Position numbers and translations under genes: made by a program. From a virus (Duplodnaviria; Heunggongvirae; Uroviricota; Caudoviricetes), in IMG/VR virus record IMGVR_UViG_2974636330_000001, positions 85,023 through 96,542 of that record: a stretch of DNA of 11,520 bases. One strand, written 5' to 3'. Shown one piece after another: positions 1-6,058 of this stretch (its first letter is position 1; each line of letters starts with the position of its first letter). A model generated the notes under the pieces. It ran no database searches, was not told where the DNA came from, and worked only from the letters and a program-made list of their open reading frames with translations.

Positions 1-2
1 AC

Positions 3-467
3 GACAGCCTCGGTCAGGCCATGGAGCTGGTCCACAAGTCGGCGATGGGTCTGGCGCTGTGGAACTACCTGCAACAGAAGTTTGGTGAAATGGACTGGCA
101 GGTGGTGGCGGAAGAGTTCCGTGCGATCATCCTCGTTGACGTGTACCGCCATCTGAATGGCGAGGGCGACACGAAGACCCCGCAGAAGATTCGCAACCCG
201 GTGACCGGCAACGTCTTCCATCGTCTCGCCATCAAGGGCGATATCGTTGGCGGCGTCCGCATCTGGCACAACGGCGGCTTGAACTTCGGCTTCCGCTTCC
301 GCCTTGCAGGCATGGACAAGGACGACCACACCAGCGTCCCGTTGATCGCCCGCAAGAAGGCGCTCGACTCGATCAAGATGGCCGAGGAAGTGGTGAAGAA
401 GTTCAACATCGCTGAACCGACCGTGGAAGAAGAAACCAAGATTCGCAAGCACGTCACCGTGAAGTAA
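3..467 (+). CDS. Hypothetical protein, probably 5'-truncated by the window edge
   Basis: The frame is open from base 3 (DSLGQA) through ATG 21 to TAA 465-467. Codon usage is GC3-rich like the other + strand genes. No clear RBS before ATG 21 and no recognisable motif. Confidence 0.7.
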   Translation, partial: DSLGQAMELVHKSAMGLALWNYLQQKFGEMDWQVVAEEFRAIILVDVYRHLNGEGDTKTPQKIRNPVTGNVFHRLAIKGDIVGGVRIWHNGGLNFGFRFRLAGMDKDDHTSVPLIARKKALDSIKMAEEVVKKFNIAEPTVEEETKIRKHVTVK

Positions 468-494
468 CCTGCGAAAAATTGGTAGTTAAAGGCG

Positions 495-522
495 AAAACC
501 TCTTGCGCAAGCGGAGGTTTTT
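495..522 (+). terminator. Intrinsic terminator-like hairpin overlapping a promoter
   Basis: AAAACCTC-TTGC-GCAA-GCG-GAGGTTTTT: stem with one bulge and a G-U pair, GCAA (GNRA) loop and a T run, just downstream of the stop at 467. Confidence 0.6.
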
Positions 523-530
523 GCTATTCT
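503..530 (+). promoter_or_regulatory. Sigma70-like promoter cassette P1 (TTGCGC-N16-TATTCT)
   Basis: -35 at 503-508, -10 at 525-530, GGCGAA at 491-496. Same layout as five other sites in the window. Confidence 0.7.
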
Positions 531-546
531 AAGTACATCGGAACCC

Positions 547-557
547 CAATGGAGTGA
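547..557 (+). promoter_or_regulatory. Conserved leader/RBS motif CAATGGAGTGA, copy 1
   Basis: Identical 11-mer at 547, 4158, 6045, 10040 and 10407, each 3-7 nt before a start codon. Contains the GGAG Shine-Dalgarno core. Confidence 0.85.
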
Positions 558-560
558 GTG

Positions 561-2498
561 ATGTTTGTCAGCATTTTCAGTAAGGAACAGCAGACCATCG
601 AGAATCTCGGTGGTAAAGGCTTCGGTCTGTGGCAGATGCAGCAGTCGGGCCTGAATGTCCCCCCGGCGCTGATCATCCCGACCGAGTTCTGCATCGAGTA
701 CCTCGCCAACCCGACGAAAGTGCGGGGCTGGATCAAGGACAAGTTGCCGGAAGTCCGTGAGTTCTTCGTGGAGCAGTTCGGCTACATGCCGCTGCTGTCT
801 GTCCGCTCCGGCGCTCGCACGTCGATGCCGGGCATGATGGACACGATTCTCAACGTCGGCCTCGACCCGCACACCACGCAGTTCTGGGTGGACAAGCTGG
901 GTCCGGCCTGCACCATGGACAGCCGCGAACGTCTGATCGAAATGTACGGTTCGGTGGTTGATGAACTGGACCGCGAAGACTTCGAAGGTCTGGACGTTGC
1001 GGGCCGACTGGCTCTGTACAAGGAACACACGGGCCACGACTTCCCGGAGGCAGATGACCAGATTCTCGGGGCCATCGAAGCCGTGTTCCGCAGCTGGAAC
1101 AACGACCGCGCCAAGGTGTACCGGAAGATGCACGGCATCCCGGAAGAGTGGGGCACGGCGGTGACCCTGCAAGCGATGGTGTTCGGCAACTACAACGACC
1201 AGTCGGCGACCGGTGTGCTGTTCACCCGCAACCCGGACAACGGGCTGGCTGAAGTGACCGGCGAGTTCCTGATCAACGCACAGGGCGAGGACGTGGTGGC
1301 GGGCATCAAGACCCCGCAGAAGCTGTACGACATGAAGGCGTGGAACGAGAAGGTCTACAACGAGCTGTTGGCCACGGTGATCGATCTCGAACTGAAGCGT
1401 AAGGACGTGCAGGACGTGGAGTTCACCATCCAAGATGGCAAGCTCTATATCCTCCAGACCCGTAACGCCAAGCGCAGTGCGCAGGCAGCGGTGAAGATCG
1501 CTCTGGACATGGTGGGCGAGAAGCTGCTGACCCCCACGGAAGCGATCAAGCGGGTGAGCCGCGCACAGTACGGCATGATGCGCCAGCCGATCCTCGACCC
1601 GAAGTTCAAGGACAAGGCAGAGTGGGAAGGCATCGCCGCCTGCTCGGGCGTGGCAACGGGCGTTGTGGTCCATTCGTCGCAGGCTGCAATTGATTGCAAG
1701 GTGCCCTGCATCTTGGTCACCAAGGAAACCACCCCGGATGATATCGCGGGCATGGTGGCCGCTCAGGCGGTGATCACGATGCAAGGTGGCAGCACCAGCC
1801 ACGCAGCGGTGGTGGCTCGCGGCATGAACAAGCCGTGCATCGTGGGCGTCGGCGCTGAAATCTCGGAGTTCAAGAAGGGTGTCGTGGTCAGTATCGACGG
1901 CGCAACTGGTCGTATCTGGCAGGGCGAAGTCCCGGTGATCGACAACAGTAAGTCGGAAGAACTGGAGAAGTTCAACCAGATGATGCTGGAGGCAGGCAAT
2001 GTCCAGATCATCAGCACCGACCACAACACTCCCTGCGCCATGCTGGATTTGACCGAGGTCATCCAGACGCCGGAAGTCGCGTTGGAGCGTATCCGTGGGC
2101 GGCTGCTCCAGAAGGGCGAGTTCATTGTCGATATCAGCCCGGGCGACACCGAGGCCGGACGTATGGTCAGCATGTTCTGTGACCCGGTGGATTTGCAGGA
2201 AGACCTGCTGGTGATGGTGGCCAAGAGCCTGACGAAGGAGCAGCTGGCCCGGGTGTCGTTCTCGACGGACTTCACCAAGGAGGTTCCGGGGGTGTCCTGC
2301 ATCAGTCGAGTGACCACGCTGGAGGCTCTGATCGAGAGCGACGGCAACTTTGAAATGGCCATGAAGGTGTCGAAAGTGGTCAAGAAGGTGCTGGCTTGGA
2401 AGGCCAACGAGAACTGCCACCCGATGGTGTTCGGCACGAGGACTGAAGGCAATTCGTTCCTCTCTCAGGAACAGGTGATCGCGGAGTTGCTGGCGTGA
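561..2498 (+). CDS. Pyruvate phosphate dikinase-like phosphotransferase (ATP-grasp plus phospho-His swivel domain; PEP/pyruvate TIM barrel absent, replaced by about 185 aa of unknown domain)
   Basis: PPDK motifs in canonical order: LGGKG, LSVRSGA..SMPGMMDTILNVG, LQAMVFGN, SATGVLFTRNP, GEFLINAQGEDVVAG, DVEFTI, LYILQTRNAKR, ETTPDDIAGM, GGSTSHAAVVARG (His codon 1800-1802), VSIDGATG. About 645 aa, against about 880 for canonical PPDK. ATG 561 fits the RBS spacing; GTG 558 is an alternative start. Confidence 0.9.
   Translation: MFVSIFSKEQQTIENLGGKGFGLWQMQQSGLNVPPALIIPTEFCIEYLANPTKVRGWIKDKLPEVREFFVEQFGYMPLLSVRSGARTSMPGMMDTILNVGLDPHTTQFWVDKLGPACTMDSRERLIEMYGSVVDELDREDFEGLDVAGRLALYKEHTGHDFPEADDQILGAIEAVFRSWNNDRAKVYRKMHGIPEEWGTAVTLQAMVFGNYNDQSATGVLFTRNPDNGLAEVTGEFLINAQGEDVVAGIKTPQKLYDMKAWNEKVYNELLATVIDLELKRKDVQDVEFTIQDGKLYILQTRNAKRSAQAAVKIALDMVGEKLLTPTEAIKRVSRAQYGMMRQPILDPKFKDKAEWEGIAACSGVATGVVVHSSQAAIDCKVPCILVTKETTPDDIAGMVAAQAVITMQGGSTSHAAVVARGMNKPCIVGVGAEISEFKKGVVVSIDGATGRIWQGEVPVIDNSKSEELEKFNQMMLEAGNVQIISTDHNTPCAMLDLTEVIQTPEVALERIRGRLLQKGEFIVDISPGDTEAGRMVSMFCDPVDLQEDLLVMVAKSLTKEQLARVSFSTDFTKEVPGVSCISRVTTLEALIESDGNFEMAMKVSKVVKKVLAWKANENCHPMVFGTRTEGNSFLSQEQVIAELLA
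1685..1698 (-). promoter_or_regulatory. Dispersed 14-bp pseudo-palindrome TGCAAT-CA-ATTGCA, copy 1 (TGCAATTGATTGCA on +)
   Basis: Exact reverse complement of the 14-mers at 5536 and 11498. Embedded in the dikinase CDS using locally unusual codons (gca att gat). Confidence 0.65.
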
Positions 2499-2543
2499 AA
2501 CCCGCTCTGTACAATGGCTGGAACCTGAAGGAACCCCAGCCCC

Positions 2544-2960
2544 ATGAGATCAGAGTGCCCGAAGTGCGGAAGTCAGTCCGCGTGGATCGAACAGACCCGG
2601 CAGGATACGACGCTTCGTTGCGTATGCGGCTACCTGAAAGTGCTTTCCACGAAGCTGGAGCGGATCGAAATCATCCGGGTGGACGTGGAAGCCGAGGCGA
2701 AGTTGCCTCGACGGAACTCGAATCTCTGGAACACGGTGAAGGTTTTGGAGGTGTACCAGCCAGCGTCGTCGGCGAGTATCACCCAGCGCCTGAACGACTT
2801 GAAGCTGGGCACCGAGTTCACGGTGAGTGATGTGAGTTCGTACCTCACCATCCTGCGCTCGAAGGGACTGGTCGTAACGACCGAAAGTCGCCGAGGGCTG
2901 GCCGGGGGGAGTACGTGGAAACTGAGTGATGTTTGTAACAGGCTGCTGGGAGTAGGGTGA
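2544..2960 (+). CDS. Zn-ribbon plus winged helix-turn-helix protein, putative transcription regulator
   Basis: N-terminal CPKC...CVCG. The C-terminal LWNTVKVL..ASSASITQRL..TVSDVSSYLTILRSKGLV..RRG..GGSTWKLS has the helix-helix-recognition helix-wing pattern. Start uncertain (see finding at 2483). Confidence 0.7.
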   Translation: MRSECPKCGSQSAWIEQTRQDTTLRCVCGYLKVLSTKLERIEIIRVDVEAEAKLPRRNSNLWNTVKVLEVYQPASSASITQRLNDLKLGTEFTVSDVSSYLTILRSKGLVVTTESRRGLAGGSTWKLSDVCNRLLGVG

Positions 2961-2961
2961 A

Positions 2962-3303
2962 ATGGCACTGTCAATTGGAGTGAAGAAGGGGAGTCAGATC
3001 AACATCGGCGGCGAGCGTATCGGAGGCCGCACGATCATGGACATGTACCAGCGTCCGAAGCTGATCGACTACACCCTGAAAGGTGGGCAAACGATGACGG
3101 TGGTGCAGGTGGACGGCACCGAGAAGATCGTCGTGGAGTTCTGCGGAAAGACCCTGACCCTGACCGACAAAGAGCGCGTGAAGTTGCAGGAAGGTGTGTT
3201 CGTCAGCTGCGGCCTGTCGAATGGCAAGGGGCAGGACTTCTACGGGCGTCTGGCATTCGAGGCTCCAAGGAGTGTGCGAATTGAGCGCATCCACACCCCC
3301 TGA
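2962..3303 (+). CDS. CsrA/RsmA-like RNA-binding protein, possibly a tandem (two-repeat) form
   Basis: C-terminal GRLAFEAPRSVRIER matches CsrA VRIGVNAPKEVSVHR, including the R44-equivalent Arg. N-terminal VKKGSQINIGG matches RRVGETLMIGD. At 113 aa it is about twice CsrA length. By-eye alignment only. Confidence 0.55.
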   Translation: MALSIGVKKGSQINIGGERIGGRTIMDMYQRPKLIDYTLKGGQTMTVVQVDGTEKIVVEFCGKTLTLTDKERVKLQEGVFVSCGLSNGKGQDFYGRLAFEAPRSVRIERIHTP

Positions 3304-3313
3304 CTACGAAGAA

Positions 3314-3670
3314 ATGAACGTCAGCACTTCGGTGCTGGAGTACGCTGAGAAGCAGGGCATTACCCTCACCCAGCTGTTGGACATGGTAGAAGCGTCTGCG
3401 CGGGTCAGCCACTCGCGGGGAAACAGGCGTTATCACAATTGGCTGTTTTTGGTCGAAAATAATCTCGTAAAAGGCATGTCACCACTTCACATGGTGGAGT
3501 CTTTTGCTACGATAAATCACCCCCCAACCCCGGGGCCGGGGGAGTTCTTGGTCTACGAAGACTGCGAGGACTGCGACGGCAAGGGATGCACCAAATGTGA
3601 CGGCATGGGCGAAGTCGCCATGATCCGTCGAACCCCAAAAGAACGTAATGGAGTAAGGTATGAACGGTAA
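3314..3670 (+). CDS. Hypothetical protein with C-terminal DnaJ-type CxxCxGxG zinc finger
   Basis: ATG 3314 follows the stop at 3303. CEDCDGKG and CTKCDGMG repeats. The ORF-track start at 3194 overlaps the previous gene and is unlikely. Confidence 0.7.
   Translation: MNVSTSVLEYAEKQGITLTQLLDMVEASARVSHSRGNRRYHNWLFLVENNLVKGMSPLHMVESFATINHPPTPGPGEFLVYEDCEDCDGKGCTKCDGMGEVAMIRRTPKERNGVRYER
3486..3513 (+). promoter_or_regulatory. Internal promoter cassette P2 (TTCACA-N16-TACGAT) inside the 3314-3670 CDS
   Basis: TTTTGC directly precedes the -10, as in P1 and P6. The -10 is identical to that of P3. AAAGGCA lies 7 nt before the -35 and GTCGAA a further 21 bp upstream. Locally AT-rich. Confidence 0.5.
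3646..3656 (+). promoter_or_regulatory. Variant leader/RBS motif TAATGGAGTAA
   Basis: Same core AATGGAGT and same 3-nt gap to ATG 3660 as most CAATGGAGTGA copies. The flanking C..G pair is replaced by T..A. Confidence 0.65.
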
Positions 3671-4130
3671 GTTGCCTCTGCGTCTGAATGATCGACAGTT
3701 CTTCTTCGTGTACGGTGGCCCGTACAAGCTGCGCCCGGCCAAGATGGTCGGCGTCAAGATGGCCATCGAAATCGACCGCCCCTTCGATATCGAAGTCCCC
3801 ACGGTGGATTTCCAAGTCCCGGCCATGGAAGACATGATCGAAGGCATCGACAAGGCCGTGACCGAAATCCTGAAGGGCAAGCCCCTCTACGTCGGCTGCA
3901 TGGGCGGCATCGGGCGCACCGGCCTGTTCCTCGCCTGCCTCGCCAAGGTGTTCGGTGAGAAAGACCCGGTGCTGTACGTGCGCAAGCACTACATTCCCCA
4001 CGCGGTGGAAACGATGGCGCAGCAGAAGTTCGTCGCCAACTTCAACCCGAAGCCGTGGACCCTGCGCAAAATCAAGATTGCAGGCTTTTTCTTGCGTATT
4101 TCGCGTAAAAATCTCTTGACCAAGGGCTGA
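3660..4130 (+). CDS. Cys-dependent dual-specificity/tyrosine phosphatase family protein (CX5R), paralog 1
   Basis: P-loop YVGCMGGIGRTG (Cys codon 3897). Upstream acid loop PTVDFQVP and downstream VRKHY..AVET..Q. Confidence 0.88.
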   Translation: MNGKLPLRLNDRQFFFVYGGPYKLRPAKMVGVKMAIEIDRPFDIEVPTVDFQVPAMEDMIEGIDKAVTEILKGKPLYVGCMGGIGRTGLFLACLAKVFGEKDPVLYVRKHYIPHAVETMAQQKFVANFNPKPWTLRKIKIAGFFLRISRKNLLTKG

Positions 4131-4143
4131 TTTTCGGTACGAT
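4116..4143 (+). promoter_or_regulatory. Promoter cassette P3 (TTGACC-N16-TACGAT)
   Basis: Overlaps the 3' end of phosphatase 1. Tandem GCGTA at 4094 and 4103 sits where other cassettes carry GGCGAA. Followed by ATACGTAT and the leader motif at 4158. Confidence 0.7.
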
Positions 4144-4157
4144 ATACGTATCGGGAA

Positions 4158-4168
4158 CAATGGAGTGA
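4158..4168 (+). promoter_or_regulatory. Leader/RBS motif CAATGGAGTGA, copy 2
   Basis: Exact copy, 3 nt before ATG 4172. Confidence 0.85.
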
Positions 4169-4171
4169 TCA

Positions 4172-5188
4172 ATGAAGTATCGGAGCAAAGACACTGTTGC
4201 GAGTCTGCTGGCAATCCCGCAGGCCCGGGCAGTGGACATGTCGCAGATCGACGCCGAGAAGGTCGCTGGTCGCATCCGTGAGTTCAAGAAGACCTGCAAA
4301 GAAGCGAGTCCGGAGGGCGAGGCTCTCCGGTTCTACGGTCTGAACCAGTGCATGGCAGTGATCGCCAAGAAGTACGGGCAGCACGGTGTACTGCCCCCGC
4401 ACTTGAAGGCAGTGGCCGAAGCCTACGTCAGGGAGTTGGTGGATCAGTCGGAGCGGCTGTTCTCCTACATGGTCCTGATCAACACCCGCGAGAGCCGCCA
4501 CGTCCACGGCGGCAAGGGTGACTTCGATGGGAAGTTCGCCAAGGAGTTCGGGAAGGAAGCGCTGAAGTTCAACGAGACGATCCGGGGCAGCGGTTCCAGC
4601 ACGGCGGTTGATCGCTTCATCACCAACCCCCCGAAGATGAAGATCGGCCCCTACCTGCGCTCTCTGGAGTGGTGTTTCTTCAACGGGTCGTTCAGCGGTG
4701 GCTTCGGCGGCAAGCCGTGGGGCAACATCGCCAAGACTCTGGCGGATGCCGTCAACGGCGTCACCAGCATGGAAATCATGGTGGACACGGCGTACACGCT
4801 GGCCCACAACAACGGCCCGATGTTCAACAAGGGCATGATGTACGGCCACTACGGCGAAACGATCTACCGGGTTCTGGACGTGCAGCGTTCGGGTCAGGTG
4901 GTTGAGTTGTGCCGCAGCGGGACGGTCTCCCAGTTCATCAAGAAGTCCGATTTGCTGCCGCTGTTCGATGCGGTAGTGAAGGAGTTCCCTGACGAGTTTG
5001 GCGAGTATGTTGACTGGATCAAGGTCGAGAAGCTCGGTTCGGTGAAGAAGTACCCGAACGAAATCAAGGAACAGAAGATCAAGTACGGGGAGCAACTTGG
5101 CCCTGAGTTCAAGAACATGAAGCCTTCCGGCAAGCTCGAAGTGTTCCCGGAAGTGTTCGTCACCCTGATGAAGAGGCAGGCAAAGTGA
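4172..5188 (+). CDS. Hypothetical 338-aa protein with enzyme-like motifs
   Basis: Strong RBS and typical codon usage. Motif-like segments RESRH, GGFGGKPWGNI and DTAYTLAHNNGPMFNK. No family assigned with confidence. Confidence 0.85.
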   Translation: MKYRSKDTVASLLAIPQARAVDMSQIDAEKVAGRIREFKKTCKEASPEGEALRFYGLNQCMAVIAKKYGQHGVLPPHLKAVAEAYVRELVDQSERLFSYMVLINTRESRHVHGGKGDFDGKFAKEFGKEALKFNETIRGSGSSTAVDRFITNPPKMKIGPYLRSLEWCFFNGSFSGGFGGKPWGNIAKTLADAVNGVTSMEIMVDTAYTLAHNNGPMFNKGMMYGHYGETIYRVLDVQRSGQVVELCRSGTVSQFIKKSDLLPLFDAVVKEFPDEFGEYVDWIKVEKLGSVKKYPNEIKEQKIKYGEQLGPEFKNMKPSGKLEVFPEVFVTLMKRQAK

Positions 5189-5973
5189 GCAAGGGCAAAG
5201 GATACAAGGGCAGGGGCATGACCATCGTCGGCGACCTGTTGGGAGGCAACAGCGGCACCACGTACCGTCGTTGCTACGAAGACCACCCGGTGATCGAGTT
5301 CGACAACGGCGAGGGCAAGCCGAAGGGCATCCTCGCAGGCGGCAACTGCGCCTACCCGATCCACAAGGATGCCGACGTGTACATCGGCCTCGACTACAGT
5401 TTCCGCCGCCAGTTCGGGTCGGACTATCCGTGGGAGCCGAAGAGCGAGAATGGCCCCATCGAGTTCGAATACCTGATCAGCGACATGCGCGCCCCGTCGA
5501 ACACCGACAGCGCCATGAAGATGATCGACTGGGTTTGCAATCAATTGCAAGCTGGCAAGAAGGTCCACATCGGCTGCATCGGTGGCCATGGCCGGACTGG
5601 CACGATCATCGCGGCCATCGTCTCCAAGCTGTGCGGCCTCGAAGACGCCATCACGTGGGTTCGCAAGAACTACTGCAAGAAGGCCGTCGAGTCCCGCGAG
5701 CAGATCGAATGGCTCAACAAGAACTACGGCATCAAGAAGGTGGGCGGTAGCAAGGAAGGCGGCAGTCATGCCCCGTTCCCCTCCACCAGCCACAGCAACC
5801 GCTACGACGAAAGCAAGTACAAGTCGAGCGGCAAGTCCAGCAGTAGCAGCCGCAGCAGTTCGTCGGGCGGCTACTCGGGGTATCAGGGTTCGCTGGTGGC
5901 GGAATCGTTCGGCGGCAAGTCGGAAAAGATCACCCCCATGCAGTCGAAGTCCAACGTGTGGAAAAGCCCGTAA
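5185..5973 (+). CDS. Cys-dependent DSP/PTP phosphatase (CX5R), paralog 2, with Ser/Gly-rich tail
   Basis: HIGCIGGHGRTG (codons 5575-5595 for CX5R), acid loop ISDMRAP, and VRKNY..AVES..Q. GTG start overlaps the upstream stop (GTGA); ATG 5218 is an alternative. Confidence 0.88.
   Translation: MSKGKGYKGRGMTIVGDLLGGNSGTTYRRCYEDHPVIEFDNGEGKPKGILAGGNCAYPIHKDADVYIGLDYSFRRQFGSDYPWEPKSENGPIEFEYLISDMRAPSNTDSAMKMIDWVCNQLQAGKKVHIGCIGGHGRTGTIIAAIVSKLCGLEDAITWVRKNYCKKAVESREQIEWLNKNYGIKKVGGSKEGGSHAPFPSTSHSNRYDESKYKSSGKSSSSSRSSSSGGYSGYQGSLVAESFGGKSEKITPMQSKSNVWKSP
5536..5549 (+). promoter_or_regulatory. Dispersed 14-bp pseudo-palindrome TGCAATCAATTGCA, copy 2
   Basis: Lies inside phosphatase 2, encoded by tgc aat caa ttg caa, where this genome otherwise prefers aac/cag/ctg. 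Confidence 0.65.
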
Positions 5974-5999
5974 AATAGGCGAACAAAGGCGAATAAATC

Positions 6000-6027
6000 T
6001 TGCCTTTGATGTGCGCGCCGCTATTCT
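6000..6027 (+). promoter_or_regulatory. Promoter cassette P4 (TTGCCT-N16-TATTCT)
   Basis: GGCGAA at 5978 and 5988 (10-bp period). Palindrome CTATACGTATAG at 6026-6037. Leader motif at 6045. Confidence 0.75.
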
Positions 6028-6044
6028 ATACGTATAGCGGAATC

Positions 6045-6055
6045 CAATGGAGTGA
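6045..6055 (+). promoter_or_regulatory. Leader/RBS motif CAATGGAGTGA, copy 3
   Basis: Exact copy, 3 nt before GTG 6059. A second GGAGTGA follows at 6062. Confidence 0.85.
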
Positions 6056-6058
6056 AAA

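Noticed and set aside
486-2420. 644-aa minus-strand ORF (also 4169-5095, 4894-5793, 7557-9800 and other long antisense ORFs)
   Set aside because: Antisense shadows of GC3-biased + strand genes. No RBS or motifs, and they fully overlap genes with clear family signatures.
561-2498. Calling this a functional ppdK auxiliary metabolic gene for PEP/pyruvate interconversion
   Set aside because: The pyruvate/PEP-binding barrel with its catalytic Cys is missing and is not encoded nearby, so no gene symbol was assigned.
561-2498. Dikinase as a decayed pseudogene
   Set aside because: All nucleotide-binding and His motifs are intact, the frame is uninterrupted, and it has a dedicated promoter and RBS.
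2495-2830. 111-aa ORF as an independent gene
   Set aside because: Beyond codon 16 it is the off-frame reading of the Zn-ribbon/wHTH gene. Only its first 16 codons are kept, as a frameshift candidate.
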